A stretch of 64,000 bases of DNA, from sequence record LR756502.1; one strand, given 5' to 3'. The position numbers and the translations under genes were made by a program. This document shows, in pieces, positions 27,760 to 37,178 of this stretch. A model generated the notes under the pieces. It searched no databases. It was not told the origin of the DNA and was given only the letters and a program-made list of their open reading frames with translations. The number at the start of each line of letters is the position of its first letter. Within the stretch, counting starts at the first letter, position 1.

Positions 27760-29628
27760 TTATTTTTTGTTTTCATCTAATATTGTTGATATCTTACCAT
27801 CTCTTAATATAGAGGTTAAATCATCTTCACTATTAACTTCAATTGCATTTGATCCAACTGGTAAATCTAAAATAACATTAAGGTAGCTTCCATCGAAACT
27901 ATCAATCTGATGTTGTATATAGCTATTAGTATCAAATTCATAGTCTGATTTCCCATTATCATCCATAACACCTAATCTAATTTCACCTGAGAAATTCTTT
28001 AATATAACAAGTCCAGCAGACTCTCCTATCTCAAAATCATCATCCTCTTCCATCTTCTTCTTCATTTCCAAGAACTCTTGGATTCCAAGTATAGTAACAA
28101 ACCCATCAGATTCAACACTAAATGATTTTTTACCACCAATGTTTATATCAAATCCGGTATAGTCATCTGTTATTGAAAAAGAAAAAGGTCTTGATTCTAA
28201 AACTCCATGAAACAGTGCGGTAGTACCAATGATCACAATATCTTGTGGTGTATCAATTGTTTTAAGAAGTTTTGTCTTAAACTCATCTTTTTTGGTTTCG
28301 ATAATTTCAATTCCATCCTCTCCAAATTTCACTCCTTCACCTAAACCTAATTCTTTAACCATTCCCTCAATCGCACTTTTATACTTATCTACCTCTTGAT
28401 GTGAACAACCATCATCACAGACGTGTTCTTTAACCTCTTCTTTGCTTTCATAAGAGTTAGATCCAGAAATCTTATTGAATTCTGGGTCTTGTTCAAATCC
28501 TTTGCGGATCATCTTACCTGTTAATTGGTGCCAGTTAAGTTCACCACGATATTCAAATTCATTAGAATCTGTCATTGTTATTTTACCAATAGGATCAATT
28601 GAGTGAATCTTTTCCAAGATATCAGAATCCATAGAATCTAATTTCTTATCATTCTCTCCCTTCTTGCCAATTTTTATTTTATAAAACCCACCTGTTAAGT
28701 ACTTAAACAAAACATCTTTCTTTAAGTTCATTAGGTCAGCTATTTTATCAGCAATTTCTTTTGTTGAATCATCTACTCCTGTTTCATTCTTTTGTTCTTC
28801 TGTTACAAAGAAAACGTATCCATTTGCCTCATCACCAGGTGATAGTGATTCAAGTCTTGTATTTAGAACTTTCAATTCATCACTGGATGATTTTATCTTA
28901 GCCTCAGCGTGAGATATTTCAACTTTAGCTTTTCTAATCTCACTCTCTTTATCTTCTAGTCTGTCTTTTAACTCGTTGATTTTATCATCATTCATTCTTT
29001 TGAATGATTCTTCCATCATTGTTTTTGCTGACTTTTCCTCTACTGTGGTTGATTCTCCCTCAAACTCACGCTTTAATTCCTCATCTGTCTCAGAGGAGAA
29101 TAAAATATTTGCAACTGATTCTTCTTCTTTGTTGGAAAGAAGTTCATCAAGGAAACTAAGTCCTTTTTCTGATATTTCTTTTGTATTATCCATTTCGTCA
29201 AATAATGATTTTAGTTTATCAATAGGTTTTTTTTCTTCAACTTCTAAGTAGCATCTACCACCATTTTTATCAGCAAACTCGAGATCATTTACAACGAATT
29301 TCTGAGCATATCCAGTAACATCCATTGATGTTATATCATCGATAAGACGTTTTCGGTATGCGTAATCAGTAACGTTTGTATCAACCTCTTCAAATTTAAT
29401 TGTTCCTTCATCACATATAGTTACCTTAAAGATAACATTATCTAAACCAAGTCCAGATAATTTCTCTCCTTTAATAAAGGCAATGTCTGATAGAATCCTA
29501 ATTCTTTTCCCGTTAATAGCAGAAACAAAGTTTAAGAACTTTCTCTTAGGTTTAAAATCACCAATGATTAATTCCTTAACTTCTACTTGATTTTGTTCTG
29601 TTGTGTTATCTAATGTATTATCTGTCAT
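27760..29628 (-). CDS. Large acidic coiled-coil protein, tag family
   Basis: 622 aa; ends ILRDGKISTILDENKK. Confidence 0.8.
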   Translation of the reverse strand: MTDNTLDNTTEQNQVEVKELIIGDFKPKRKFLNFVSAINGKRIRILSDIAFIKGEKLSGLGLDNVIFKVTICDEGTIKFEEVDTNVTDYAYRKRLIDDITSMDVTGYAQKFVVNDLEFADKNGGRCYLEVEEKKPIDKLKSLFDEMDNTKEISEKGLSFLDELLSNKEEESVANILFSSETDEELKREFEGESTTVEEKSAKTMMEESFKRMNDDKINELKDRLEDKESEIRKAKVEISHAEAKIKSSSDELKVLNTRLESLSPGDEANGYVFFVTEEQKNETGVDDSTKEIADKIADLMNLKKDVLFKYLTGGFYKIKIGKKGENDKKLDSMDSDILEKIHSIDPIGKITMTDSNEFEYRGELNWHQLTGKMIRKGFEQDPEFNKISGSNSYESKEEVKEHVCDDGCSHQEVDKYKSAIEGMVKELGLGEGVKFGEDGIEIIETKKDEFKTKLLKTIDTPQDIVIIGTTALFHGVLESRPFSFSITDDYTGFDINIGGKKSFSVESDGFVTILGIQEFLEMKKKMEEDDDFEIGESAGLVILKNFSGEIRLGVMDDNGKSDYEFDTNSYIQHQIDSFDGSYLNVILDLPVGSNAIEVNSEDDLTSILRDGKISTILDENKK

Positions 29629-29672
29629 ATATTTTTCTATTAAAACTTGTTTATTTTACAAATATAGTGAAT

Positions 29673-30119
29673 TTATTTCATATTTTTCTTTACTTGTCGT
29701 CTAAGTTTATCTATTTCTGACTCCTCTAGTAAATTTTCAATCTTAGCATCTCTGACCTCTAACATATCAAGTGGATCAGCTAGCTTATTACCATCCATAT
29801 CAACTATATTATCAATATTAATATATTTGTCACCTGTTTCTTCAACTAAACCCAATATTATATCATCATCACTCTCTTTATCATCTTGAATGACAAGTAT
29901 TTTGCTAATTTCATCTTTGAATGATTTATAGTTATTAATACAAACCGGATCCTCATCTGAATGGTAGTCTAAGCATATTAATAGCAATAAGTATAACTCC
30001 CTTTTTGTCAGAGCTCTCATTTGTTCCTCTTGTGAGCCAACATTGAAGTTAGCGTAGATACTTTTGAATTCATCCGACACTTTTATTGGTGTTACAAATT
30101 CTTCCAATCCTTTTTCCAT
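29673..30119 (-). CDS. Hypothetical protein, tag near the C-terminus
   Basis: EVRDAKIENLLEE. Confidence 0.75.
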   Translation of the reverse strand: MEKGLEEFVTPIKVSDEFKSIYANFNVGSQEEQMRALTKRELYLLLLICLDYHSDEDPVCINNYKSFKDEISKILVIQDDKESDDDIILGLVEETGDKYINIDNIVDMDGNKLADPLDMLEVRDAKIENLLEESEIDKLRRQVKKNMK

Positions 30120-30135
30120 TATGTTATTTTATATA

Positions 30136-30432
30136 TTATATTCCTAGCTTTGATAGTTTATAGTCTCGGTATTCCTGTTTGTTTACTGATCCAAGTTCAT
30201 ACGCTTTCTGGAAGAAAACTTCAAATATATGCTCGTGATTCATATCTTTTGCAGCCATTGCTCTATTGATTGCCTTATACTCATCAGTAATTGCATTAGC
30301 CTGCTTTTGTGAGAGTCTTATTGCGTGTTCTTTATCACCAGCACTTTTTTCGACAATATCAGATACTCTTTTGTAGTTCTTATGATATTCTGCCTTTGTC
30401 TGTCCATTATATGTTTGTCCCGATAGCTTCAT
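30136..30432 (-). CDS. Hypothetical protein, tag family
   Basis: Ends EYRDYKLSKLGI. Confidence 0.8.
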   Translation of the reverse strand: MKLSGQTYNGQTKAEYHKNYKRVSDIVEKSAGDKEHAIRLSQKQANAITDEYKAINRAMAAKDMNHEHIFEVFFQKAYELGSVNKQEYRDYKLSKLGI

Positions 30433-30552
30433 TTTATTTATTTTTTTCTGAATATATTGCGATAATTAATATTAAAAAAATTGCCAAGAGAATGCTGGTT
30501 CCCTTGTAATCGTTTATAACCTCGAAAAACTCTCTCATATTAGTATGTATTT

Positions 30553-30813
30553 TTATTGTAATTTACCATCTATAGCTAAGTAAGGACCATCATCACACCA
30601 GAATTCTAATGTGGAGTTTTGTAACTGTTTTGGATAGTCATGTCCGTATCTGTTAACGATACTGAACTCTTGATCGAATTCTGCTTTAGTATCGAAGTGA
30701 ACGATGTTGGCTCCTGGGTCAGCATCTTTTAATATACCAATTACAGTATATCCTTTATAATCTTTAACCTTATCTAATACAAGACTAAATAAGTCAAATT
30801 GTTCCTCTATCAT
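30553..30813 (-). CDS. Hypothetical protein
   Basis: 86-aa ORF. Confidence 0.7.
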   Translation of the reverse strand: MIEEQFDLFSLVLDKVKDYKGYTVIGILKDADPGANIVHFDTKAEFDQEFSIVNRYGHDYPKQLQNSTLEFWCDDGPYLAIDGKLQ

Positions 30814-30821
30814 AATTGAAA

Positions 30822-31238
30822 TTAGTATCCGTTTGATTTTCTAAATGTCAATACTCCACCAGTCACCGTCATACCAACACCAACAACCATCATTATCTGT
30901 CTAGGTGTTTGACTCCAAAAGTTTGGAATAACATATGTTGATTTTGGGTTACCAATATTACCACCTTTCCAGGTTCCGTATCCGTATGATCCTTCAAGAA
31001 TTGCAGCAGTTGTGAATGCGATACCACTTATAAAAAGTGTTAGAAATGCTTTGTCCTCATTAGACCTGCTAGAACTTTTCGATTTAAGTTTTAGGTCTAT
31101 TCTATCTAACTGTAATGGATTGTAGATTTTTGTTGGTGATTTAATAACTAACATAGAACTTGTTTTGATTGAGTCTTTCGTTAGTCCAAATGACAATAGT
31201 GTTGTCATTATAAAAATAATAGTTGCTATTTTTTTCAT
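30822..31238 (-). CDS. Signal-peptide / membrane protein
   Basis: Likely start MKKIATIIFIMTT at 31238 (the track ORF extends into the tRNA); two hydrophobic helices. Confidence 0.7.
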   Translation of the reverse strand: MKKIATIIFIMTTLLSFGLTKDSIKTSSMLVIKSPTKIYNPLQLDRIDLKLKSKSSSRSNEDKAFLTLFISGIAFTTAAILEGSYGYGTWKGGNIGNPKSTYVIPNFWSQTPRQIMMVVGVGMTVTGGVLTFRKSNGY

Positions 31239-31253
31239 TTTATTGTTATTTAG

Positions 31254-31333
31254 TGCAGATGAGAGGATTCGAACCCCTGTTCCAGTGGGGTTAGAATCCA
31301 CCTCGTTCCCAGAACGAATTAGGTACCACCTGC
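31254..31333 (-). tRNA. Atypical tRNA with CUA anticodon (putative amber suppressor); CCA not encoded
   Basis: GCAGGTG/CATCTGC acceptor stem, AGGGG-TTCGAAT-CCTCT T-arm, GGTGG/CCACT stem around A-TTCTAAC-C, extended D-arm; promoter TATATTTG at 31343-31350. Confidence 0.65.
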
Positions 31334-31374
31334 AGTTAAAAACAAATATAGGAATTTTTGTTGAAAGGAAAAAA

Positions 31375-32166
31375 TTAATTTAGAATAATATTCAGATTAT
31401 TTGTTCTGCTTGGACAAATTTCATTTTCAGTAACTACATATGAGGCACCATACCTTATTATTGGTGACTTAATATCATTTTCTATACAGACTATCTCATA
31501 GAGTATAGTAAATTCCTCATAGGAGGCATTAACATATGTAAATGGATATAGTTTATTTATAATGGTATTTGGCCTCCCGAATTCATATCCATTTATCATA
31601 TAGTCAACATGTTTGTCGGTTATTTTACTAACAACGTTACCAATTGGATATTTAACAAGACACTTCTCTTCTCCATCCTCGGTATATCCCCACATTAATT
31701 CAAAAAATGCAATAGCATCCTCAATTATTGTTGAGACTACCATAGCGATAAGTGGATTATCCCAACTATATCGTATCTTAACCATTTCATTTTTGTAAAC
31801 CTTATGTTCAACCTCTTCATTTCTATACACCTCTTCTCTTATATTAAAGAGTTTTGATATATCATATCCAATCTCAAATCCATACTCAATTAACATATCA
31901 ACTAGAATTAAAAAGTCCTTCTTTCTTTTCTTAATAACAGAGAAGGCGAAGTCATATTTAAATGTTGAGTAATTTGGCTTCATGAATTCTTTAATTACTA
32001 CATCATCGGCCCTACCAGCATGTATATCTGTTTTGGAATATCTGTCTAAGAATTTTAGCTTACTTTTAGGATCTATTGGTGGTGCAATCATTCTACTGTG
32101 ATTCCCTTTCACTAGAATATTGTTCCATTTATCAATCTCTTTATCCGAAAAATATCTCTTATCCAT
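31375..32166 (-). CDS. Hypothetical protein, tag family
   Basis: Ends SRTNNLNIILN. Confidence 0.75.
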   Translation of the reverse strand: MDKRYFSDKEIDKWNNILVKGNHSRMIAPPIDPKSKLKFLDRYSKTDIHAGRADDVVIKEFMKPNYSTFKYDFAFSVIKKRKKDFLILVDMLIEYGFEIGYDISKLFNIREEVYRNEEVEHKVYKNEMVKIRYSWDNPLIAMVVSTIIEDAIAFFELMWGYTEDGEEKCLVKYPIGNVVSKITDKHVDYMINGYEFGRPNTIINKLYPFTYVNASYEEFTILYEIVCIENDIKSPIIRYGASYVVTENEICPSRTNNLNIILN

Positions 32167-32812
32167 TTTTTAATGTCTTTGCGTATCTAAAAATACTGTT
32201 AATCTTTCTATTTCTATTTTGATCCAAGGAGTAAGTTGGTTCAAATGTATCAAATTTATATTCCTTTCCACCCCAGCTTAAAAATGAGAAGTTAAATACA
32301 ATTGATAGTCTAGTGAATAGTCTTTCAAATGCAATATAGTCCTTATTTACTCTTAAGTCATATAGATACATTATCTTTATTAATCTCTTCTTTGATCTAT
32401 TTGGTAACTTATTTATGAATATATGCATTCTATTGTTATAGTTAGGATTCTCTATTATTCTAGCTTTGACCTCCGAGCTAATACCACCACTCCAGTCATC
32501 ATATTCTGATGTATCTTTCCTAGATATTGAGTATCCCCTTATATTATCTATTGTGTATTTACCGCCACCATTTAATACAATTGATGGTATAAGTGGGAAT
32601 TGTTCAATTCCATTGTTTTGCCAACTTTTTGATTCTAATTTTGTTTCGTATTTAACTGTGCCGTATTTATTTCTACTATAAGTATTGCCGTTAACTTGAT
32701 AGGACTCGGTACCTATCATTTCCCATTTTCTTTCAATGAGTGAGTAATTTTTGGAGTTTTTACTCAAGAAGTACATCATTTCTGATATTGATGTACTAAG
32801 TTTATCTGCCAA
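32159..32812 (-). CDS. Hypothetical protein, tag family
   Basis: QNRNRKINSIF near the end. Confidence 0.7.
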   Translation of the reverse strand: MADKLSTSISEMMYFLSKNSKNYSLIERKWEMIGTESYQVNGNTYSRNKYGTVKYETKLESKSWQNNGIEQFPLIPSIVLNGGGKYTIDNIRGYSISRKDTSEYDDWSGGISSEVKARIIENPNYNNRMHIFINKLPNRSKKRLIKIMYLYDLRVNKDYIAFERLFTRLSIVFNFSFLSWGGKEYKFDTFEPTYSLDQNRNRKINSIFRYAKTLKNG

Positions 32813-32887
32813 ATCTTTATTGGAGATGTCTTTTGTTCTGTAATTAATCTAATTGTTTTTCATAGTATTTATTATTTTGTTTATATA

Positions 32888-33685
32888 TTAATTGTTTATT
32901 CTTTTGTTTGCCGCATCAATATAACTTTGCTGCATCTCAAGTCCGATGTAATTTCTATTCAATTCTTTCGCCGCCAATCCTGTAGTACCAACACCCATAA
33001 ACGGGTCAAGTATTATATCTCCTGGTTTTGTTGATCCTTTTATAAAGTACTTTACAAATTCTAGTGGATATACTGCCACATGGTCATTCGCTATTTTTTT
33101 TGATTCAGATGATATGTTTATCAAAGTTGATGGTAATGCTCCTTTTATATTTGGTGCCCAATCTTTGTACTCAGTGACCTCTTCTGATGTCCTTGCATAT
33201 CTCTTTTTAAGGGAATTTTTCATTCTCTCTATTGACTTCTTAGCATACGTAACTCTCATTTCATCCAAGTTAAAATAGAAGTCTTTTGACTTTGTAAACC
33301 AAAATACATACTCAACTCTATCACCAAATCTACTTCTATTTGGAAGTCCTTTTAGTTTATTCCAGAATAACCTATCATACATCTTTAACCCAGTTTGCTT
33401 ATGTAGTTCTGATATCAAATCAAAAACATATGGGTGTCTAAAACCATCTACGACTTTATCATTTATATTAAGTATAAATGATCCAGTTGGTTTAATGATC
33501 CTTTCAATTTCTTTACAATATGGAATAAACCACTCAACATATTTATCAGGATGAATGCCATCAAAGTCAATATACTTCTTCATATTCGCGTATGGTGGGC
33601 TTGTTATTACCAAATCAACTGAATTGGAATCCATTTCTTTCATTAAATCTAGTGAGTCTCCTTGGTATATTTTATTTAATTCCAT
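32888..33685 (-). CDS. Site-specific DNA methyltransferase (N4-C/N6-A, beta class)
   Basis: DLVITSPPY and ILDPFMGVGTT motifs. Confidence 0.92.
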   Translation of the reverse strand: MELNKIYQGDSLDLMKEMDSNSVDLVITSPPYANMKKYIDFDGIHPDKYVEWFIPYCKEIERIIKPTGSFILNINDKVVDGFRHPYVFDLISELHKQTGLKMYDRLFWNKLKGLPNRSRFGDRVEYVFWFTKSKDFYFNLDEMRVTYAKKSIERMKNSLKKRYARTSEEVTEYKDWAPNIKGALPSTLINISSESKKIANDHVAVYPLEFVKYFIKGSTKPGDIILDPFMGVGTTGLAAKELNRNYIGLEMQQSYIDAANKRINN

Positions 33686-33874
33686 CGATTTCTATTCTAT
33701 TTTTATTTTTTACTTCCATCCAAATGATCATATAAAAAAAGTAGGGCTTTATATGCGCTCAAATTATCTTCATAGCACTTTCTAAAGTATTCTATATTAT
33801 TAAATAGAATTTCATCACTATAAGTATATTCAAGACTTCTTATACCGACTACTATTAAATATTTTTCAAAACTA

Positions 33875-34261
33875 TTATCCATTTACTATCTTTTCTAACT
33901 TTCTATCTCTTAGGACTTGCACTCTCTTGTATAGATTGTCTATTAGATCCTCCCCAAGTATTTCGAGAGTACCGACCAAATGAACAATCTCATTGACTAT
34001 ATTTTGGTTATTAAGAAGGTCTGTGTAGTGGTTTATATCAAGTATGTCAATTGTTGTTATAATTCTGCCCGGCATGGACTCGGTAGTGACCATGAACATA
34101 GAGTTCTCTTCAACCTCATCCAAATTTAACCCAAATGGCTTCCTATCATTTGCTATATATTCAGTATGAAAATGTCCCGAGTCATTAATTATCGAAACAT
34201 ATTCCTCTTTCCTCTTATTAACCAATATACATAATATTTCACTTCTCTCGATAGTCTCCAT
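33875..34261 (-). CDS. Hypothetical protein, tag family
   Basis: Ends VLRDRKLEKIVNG. Confidence 0.78.
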   Translation of the reverse strand: METIERSEILCILVNKRKEEYVSIINDSGHFHTEYIANDRKPFGLNLDEVEENSMFMVTTESMPGRIITTIDILDINHYTDLLNNQNIVNEIVHLVGTLEILGEDLIDNLYKRVQVLRDRKLEKIVNG

Positions 34262-34262
34262 G

Positions 34263-34607
34263 TCAAGGCTTTTTTATTATGTGTTCTATATGAACCATTG
34301 TCATATCGTTATGTTCTAAACAAACCCTAATTATATCAGTTGAATCAATATTTTTATCTTCTAATAGATTTTCTATTTTTATATCTCTTCTATCTGCTTT
34401 TGCAAAAATTAAAACATCTACTTTATAATTTCTAATGAGTTTGTTGTCGTATAATCTTGAAACAATTTGATTATTAAGAAGTCCTCTTAAAGTTTCTACT
34501 TTATCTTGATCAAATTCATATTTTAACATTTCACAATATTGCTCACAAAAGAATATTACAATATCATTACAATATTTTTTTTGTATATCAGTTATACTTT
34601 TACCCAT
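34263..34607 (-). CDS. Hypothetical protein with internal tag
   Basis: RRDIKIENLL. Confidence 0.72.
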   Translation of the reverse strand: MGKSITDIQKKYCNDIVIFFCEQYCEMLKYEFDQDKVETLRGLLNNQIVSRLYDNKLIRNYKVDVLIFAKADRRDIKIENLLEDKNIDSTDIIRVCLEHNDMTMVHIEHIIKKP

Positions 34608-35028
34608 TGAAGATTTTAGATATTATTTTTTCTCTGAAGCTTGATTTTGATATACTTTTGTATATTTGTGATAGCTTATCTTCAACGAGATCTGATGATG
34701 GCTTAATACTAGAACAATATTTTCTATTTAGAATATCTCTTAGATTTATTATTGATGGATATGCATGTGATGTCACGTACATTGATCCTCCTGGTAGTTC
34801 TATGTTTCTAATCCAAAGTCCACATTGTGATTCGATTTCCCATCTATCGGATACCATCACATACTTAACACTTACTTCAAATTTAGAAAGTTCATCTTCT
34901 GATAAAGATGATAGTTTTGCTTCATTATTATATAATCCTTGTTGAGTTGCATGGGTCCATGATAACTCATCTGACTTTGTTGTATCTATTAACATAGATA
35001 TAATTTCACTAACTTTATCGCTGATCAT
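34600..35028 (-). CDS. Hypothetical protein, tag family
   Basis: Ends SFREKIISKIFNG. Confidence 0.75.
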   Translation of the reverse strand: MISDKVSEIISMLIDTTKSDELSWTHATQQGLYNNEAKLSSLSEDELSKFEVSVKYVMVSDRWEIESQCGLWIRNIELPGGSMYVTSHAYPSIINLRDILNRKYCSSIKPSSDLVEDKLSQIYKSISKSSFREKIISKIFNG

Positions 35029-35121
35029 TTAGCTTTTCTATTTTATATTTATAAATAGTGAGTGGTTTAGTGTTTCGATCATAAATATATTAATTATTTT
35101 ATATTCCTGATGATTAACCTG

Positions 35122-35784
35122 TTATATCCCTATTCCTTTCAATTTACGATCCCTAATCCTCTGCTCAATGATTGGCTTACTCGGTTCATACTTCAACTCA
35201 TCTATATTCTTAATGTAGTATCTACACGCGCTATCATCATAGTACATACAATACTCACTATTATTTCTCTCTAAGCTACCTCTCATTGAACTACCAACCC
35301 TATTCTCAGACATATCAAGAATTATTAACAAATCAGAGTTGCTAGGTAATTCATACTTAACCACTCTAAAATCATTAGTGCCCTTTGGCTTGTCCCACTC
35401 ATCAAATGACTCATCACTGAAAACATCACCAGTTAAAAAGAATCGATAATAGAAACTATCATTATCACCTGATATAAATTTATAGTATGGTCTATCAGAA
35501 AAATACTTCTTCTCAACCATCTTATAAATATCATTGTGCCATCCACCACCTACACCTGTATAATTAAATACAACTATCTTACCAATCTCCTTATTAGACT
35601 TATTCGTAATAGGATGTTCAAAGATACCAACCACAGATAAACCATGCTCGTCATCTTCATCAATTCGATTGTTCTTATCCTTAACCCAGCTCAATAGAAC
35701 TTCATCAGATTCAATCTTCTGATCCTTTGCATAATCTATAATAGACAACACATCATCAACTGTATATTCTTTAGTCTTACTCAT
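35122..35784 (-). CDS. Hypothetical protein, tag family
   Basis: Ends RIRDRKLKGIGI. Confidence 0.8.
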   Translation of the reverse strand: MSKTKEYTVDDVLSIIDYAKDQKIESDEVLLSWVKDKNNRIDEDDEHGLSVVGIFEHPITNKSNKEIGKIVVFNYTGVGGGWHNDIYKMVEKKYFSDRPYYKFISGDNDSFYYRFFLTGDVFSDESFDEWDKPKGTNDFRVVKYELPSNSDLLIILDMSENRVGSSMRGSLERNNSEYCMYYDDSACRYYIKNIDELKYEPSKPIIEQRIRDRKLKGIGI

Positions 35785-35805
35785 TTATAATTTAGTTAAA
35801 TTCAT

Positions 35806-36168
35806 TTATATACCTAGTTTCTTTAATTTATTATCTCTTATTATTCCAATCAATTCATATTCTATGAAATATATTAACTCCTTTATAACCGAATCACCAG
35901 CCTTATTTGATATAGGATTAACATATATCTGATCAGGTGATATACCAACCGTATTACTCAACATAGAGGAGATCCTATTTGGAATATGCCTCGAAACAGA
36001 AGTTCGAGGTTCACTATAAATCTGAGTTTGAATAAGTATTGTGTCCTTTCTACGATCAATCGTAACCAATTTGTCACTTAACTCAATAACCTTCTTAGCT
36101 ATCAAATGAACCCCTTCCTCAGTTGATGCCATTTCAATAACCATTTTATCCGATGTGTATAATGCCAT
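35806..36168 (-). CDS. Hypothetical protein, tag family
   Basis: Ends IIRDNKLKKLGI. Confidence 0.8.
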   Translation of the reverse strand: MALYTSDKMVIEMASTEEGVHLIAKKVIELSDKLVTIDRRKDTILIQTQIYSEPRTSVSRHIPNRISSMLSNTVGISPDQIYVNPISNKAGDSVIKELIYFIEYELIGIIRDNKLKKLGI

Positions 36169-36207
36169 AATTATTTAATTCCTATTTAAGTTTAATTAAG
36201 TTTAATA

Positions 36208-36418
36208 AAGGACGGCAATCGTAGTCAACTTTCTGTTTAAAACATCATTTGTCTATTGGCCTCTACCTCGGCATAATAACGCTTCTCACACGCTAGCCTG
36301 TTTTGAGTTGCACCCTCGCTAGTAATAACGACTGTTTAGGTCTCCTAACTTAAGAAGTGGTGTGTTGAACTTCCTCACATCCATTACTGGGTAGTGCGAT
36401 GTAACATCCACCGTCTTT
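36208..36418 (-). ncRNA. rnpB: Minimal RNase P RNA (rnpB-like)
   Basis: P1 GACGGTG/TTGCCGTC; P2 ACATCGC/ATGATGT; P3 with GTAA loop; GAGGAAGTTCAAC pairs with GTTGACT with a bulged U (P4); AGGCCAATAG and ACAGAA conserved regions. Confidence 0.75.
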
Positions 36419-36420
36419 TA

Positions 36421-36975
36421 TTAAACTAATAAACTCAATTTATAATCTCTATTTATATTGGTTAATTCTAACCATTCTTTTATTTCTCTTTCAACATTAG
36501 AATGTAAATGTCTATATGATTGAAAGTTTATTTTTTTTGGGTTACCAATCCACTCGGTGAATAATTCAACCAATTGACTAGGTAACCAACATATCTCATC
36601 TGGATCCGTTGTGAATCCTTTAGAGTTTACTATTGTTATGAAGTATAATATCTCTTTAACTTCGTGATAGTTACCCCATTTATTTGACCATTCTAATAGA
36701 GCTTCCATTCTACGAACATCTTCTCTACCAATTCCACAAGGGAGCGATCTCATCAAGTTCGAGGCGAATATAGATGATTTGGCTTTCCTAACATCAATCA
36801 TATCTTCATTAAGAATGTCGATATTTAGTGAGTCATTTTTATATGGGTCAACCCCAATGTACTTGTGCCATTTTTCTAAGATATAGTCTGCACTACACCC
36901 ATCCATATTAACACCCATTGTTTCATGGAAGTTAAAGCAAAAATCTATTAAATTATCTAGTTGGGATTTAGTCAT
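36421..36975 (-). CDS. Hypothetical protein, tag family
   Basis: Ends INRDYKLSLLV; TATATTTG promoter at 36981-36988. Confidence 0.8.
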   Translation of the reverse strand: MTKSQLDNLIDFCFNFHETMGVNMDGCSADYILEKWHKYIGVDPYKNDSLNIDILNEDMIDVRKAKSSIFASNLMRSLPCGIGREDVRRMEALLEWSNKWGNYHEVKEILYFITIVNSKGFTTDPDEICWLPSQLVELFTEWIGNPKKINFQSYRHLHSNVEREIKEWLELTNINRDYKLSLLV

Positions 36976-37028
36976 AAGTACAAATATACGGAAAAAAGTC
37001 TATATTTTAAAATTATATATAATTATAT

Positions 37029-37178
37029 ATGAAAGATAAAGACAGAAAATATACATCACTGATGATTAAGAAGGATCTTAAAGAAATGATGGATAATAAA
37101 ATAAAAGAGTTAGGTATTGAAATGTCATATTCAGCTCTTATTAAATTTTTAATTAAAAGTAGTAATGAAAAAGTGTAA
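37029..37178 (+). CDS. Small ribbon-helix-helix-like regulator (49 aa)
   Basis: Hand translation MKDKDRKYTSLMIKKDLKEMMDNKIKELGIEMSYSALIKFLIKS. Confidence 0.55.
   Translation: MKDKDRKYTSLMIKKDLKEMMDNKIKELGIEMSYSALIKFLIKSSNEKV

Noticed and set aside
31100-31253. HDV-like (theta) ribozyme downstream of the CUA tRNA
   Set aside because: The sequence 3' of the tRNA is AT-rich and leads straight into a gene start; no nested pseudoknot is visible.
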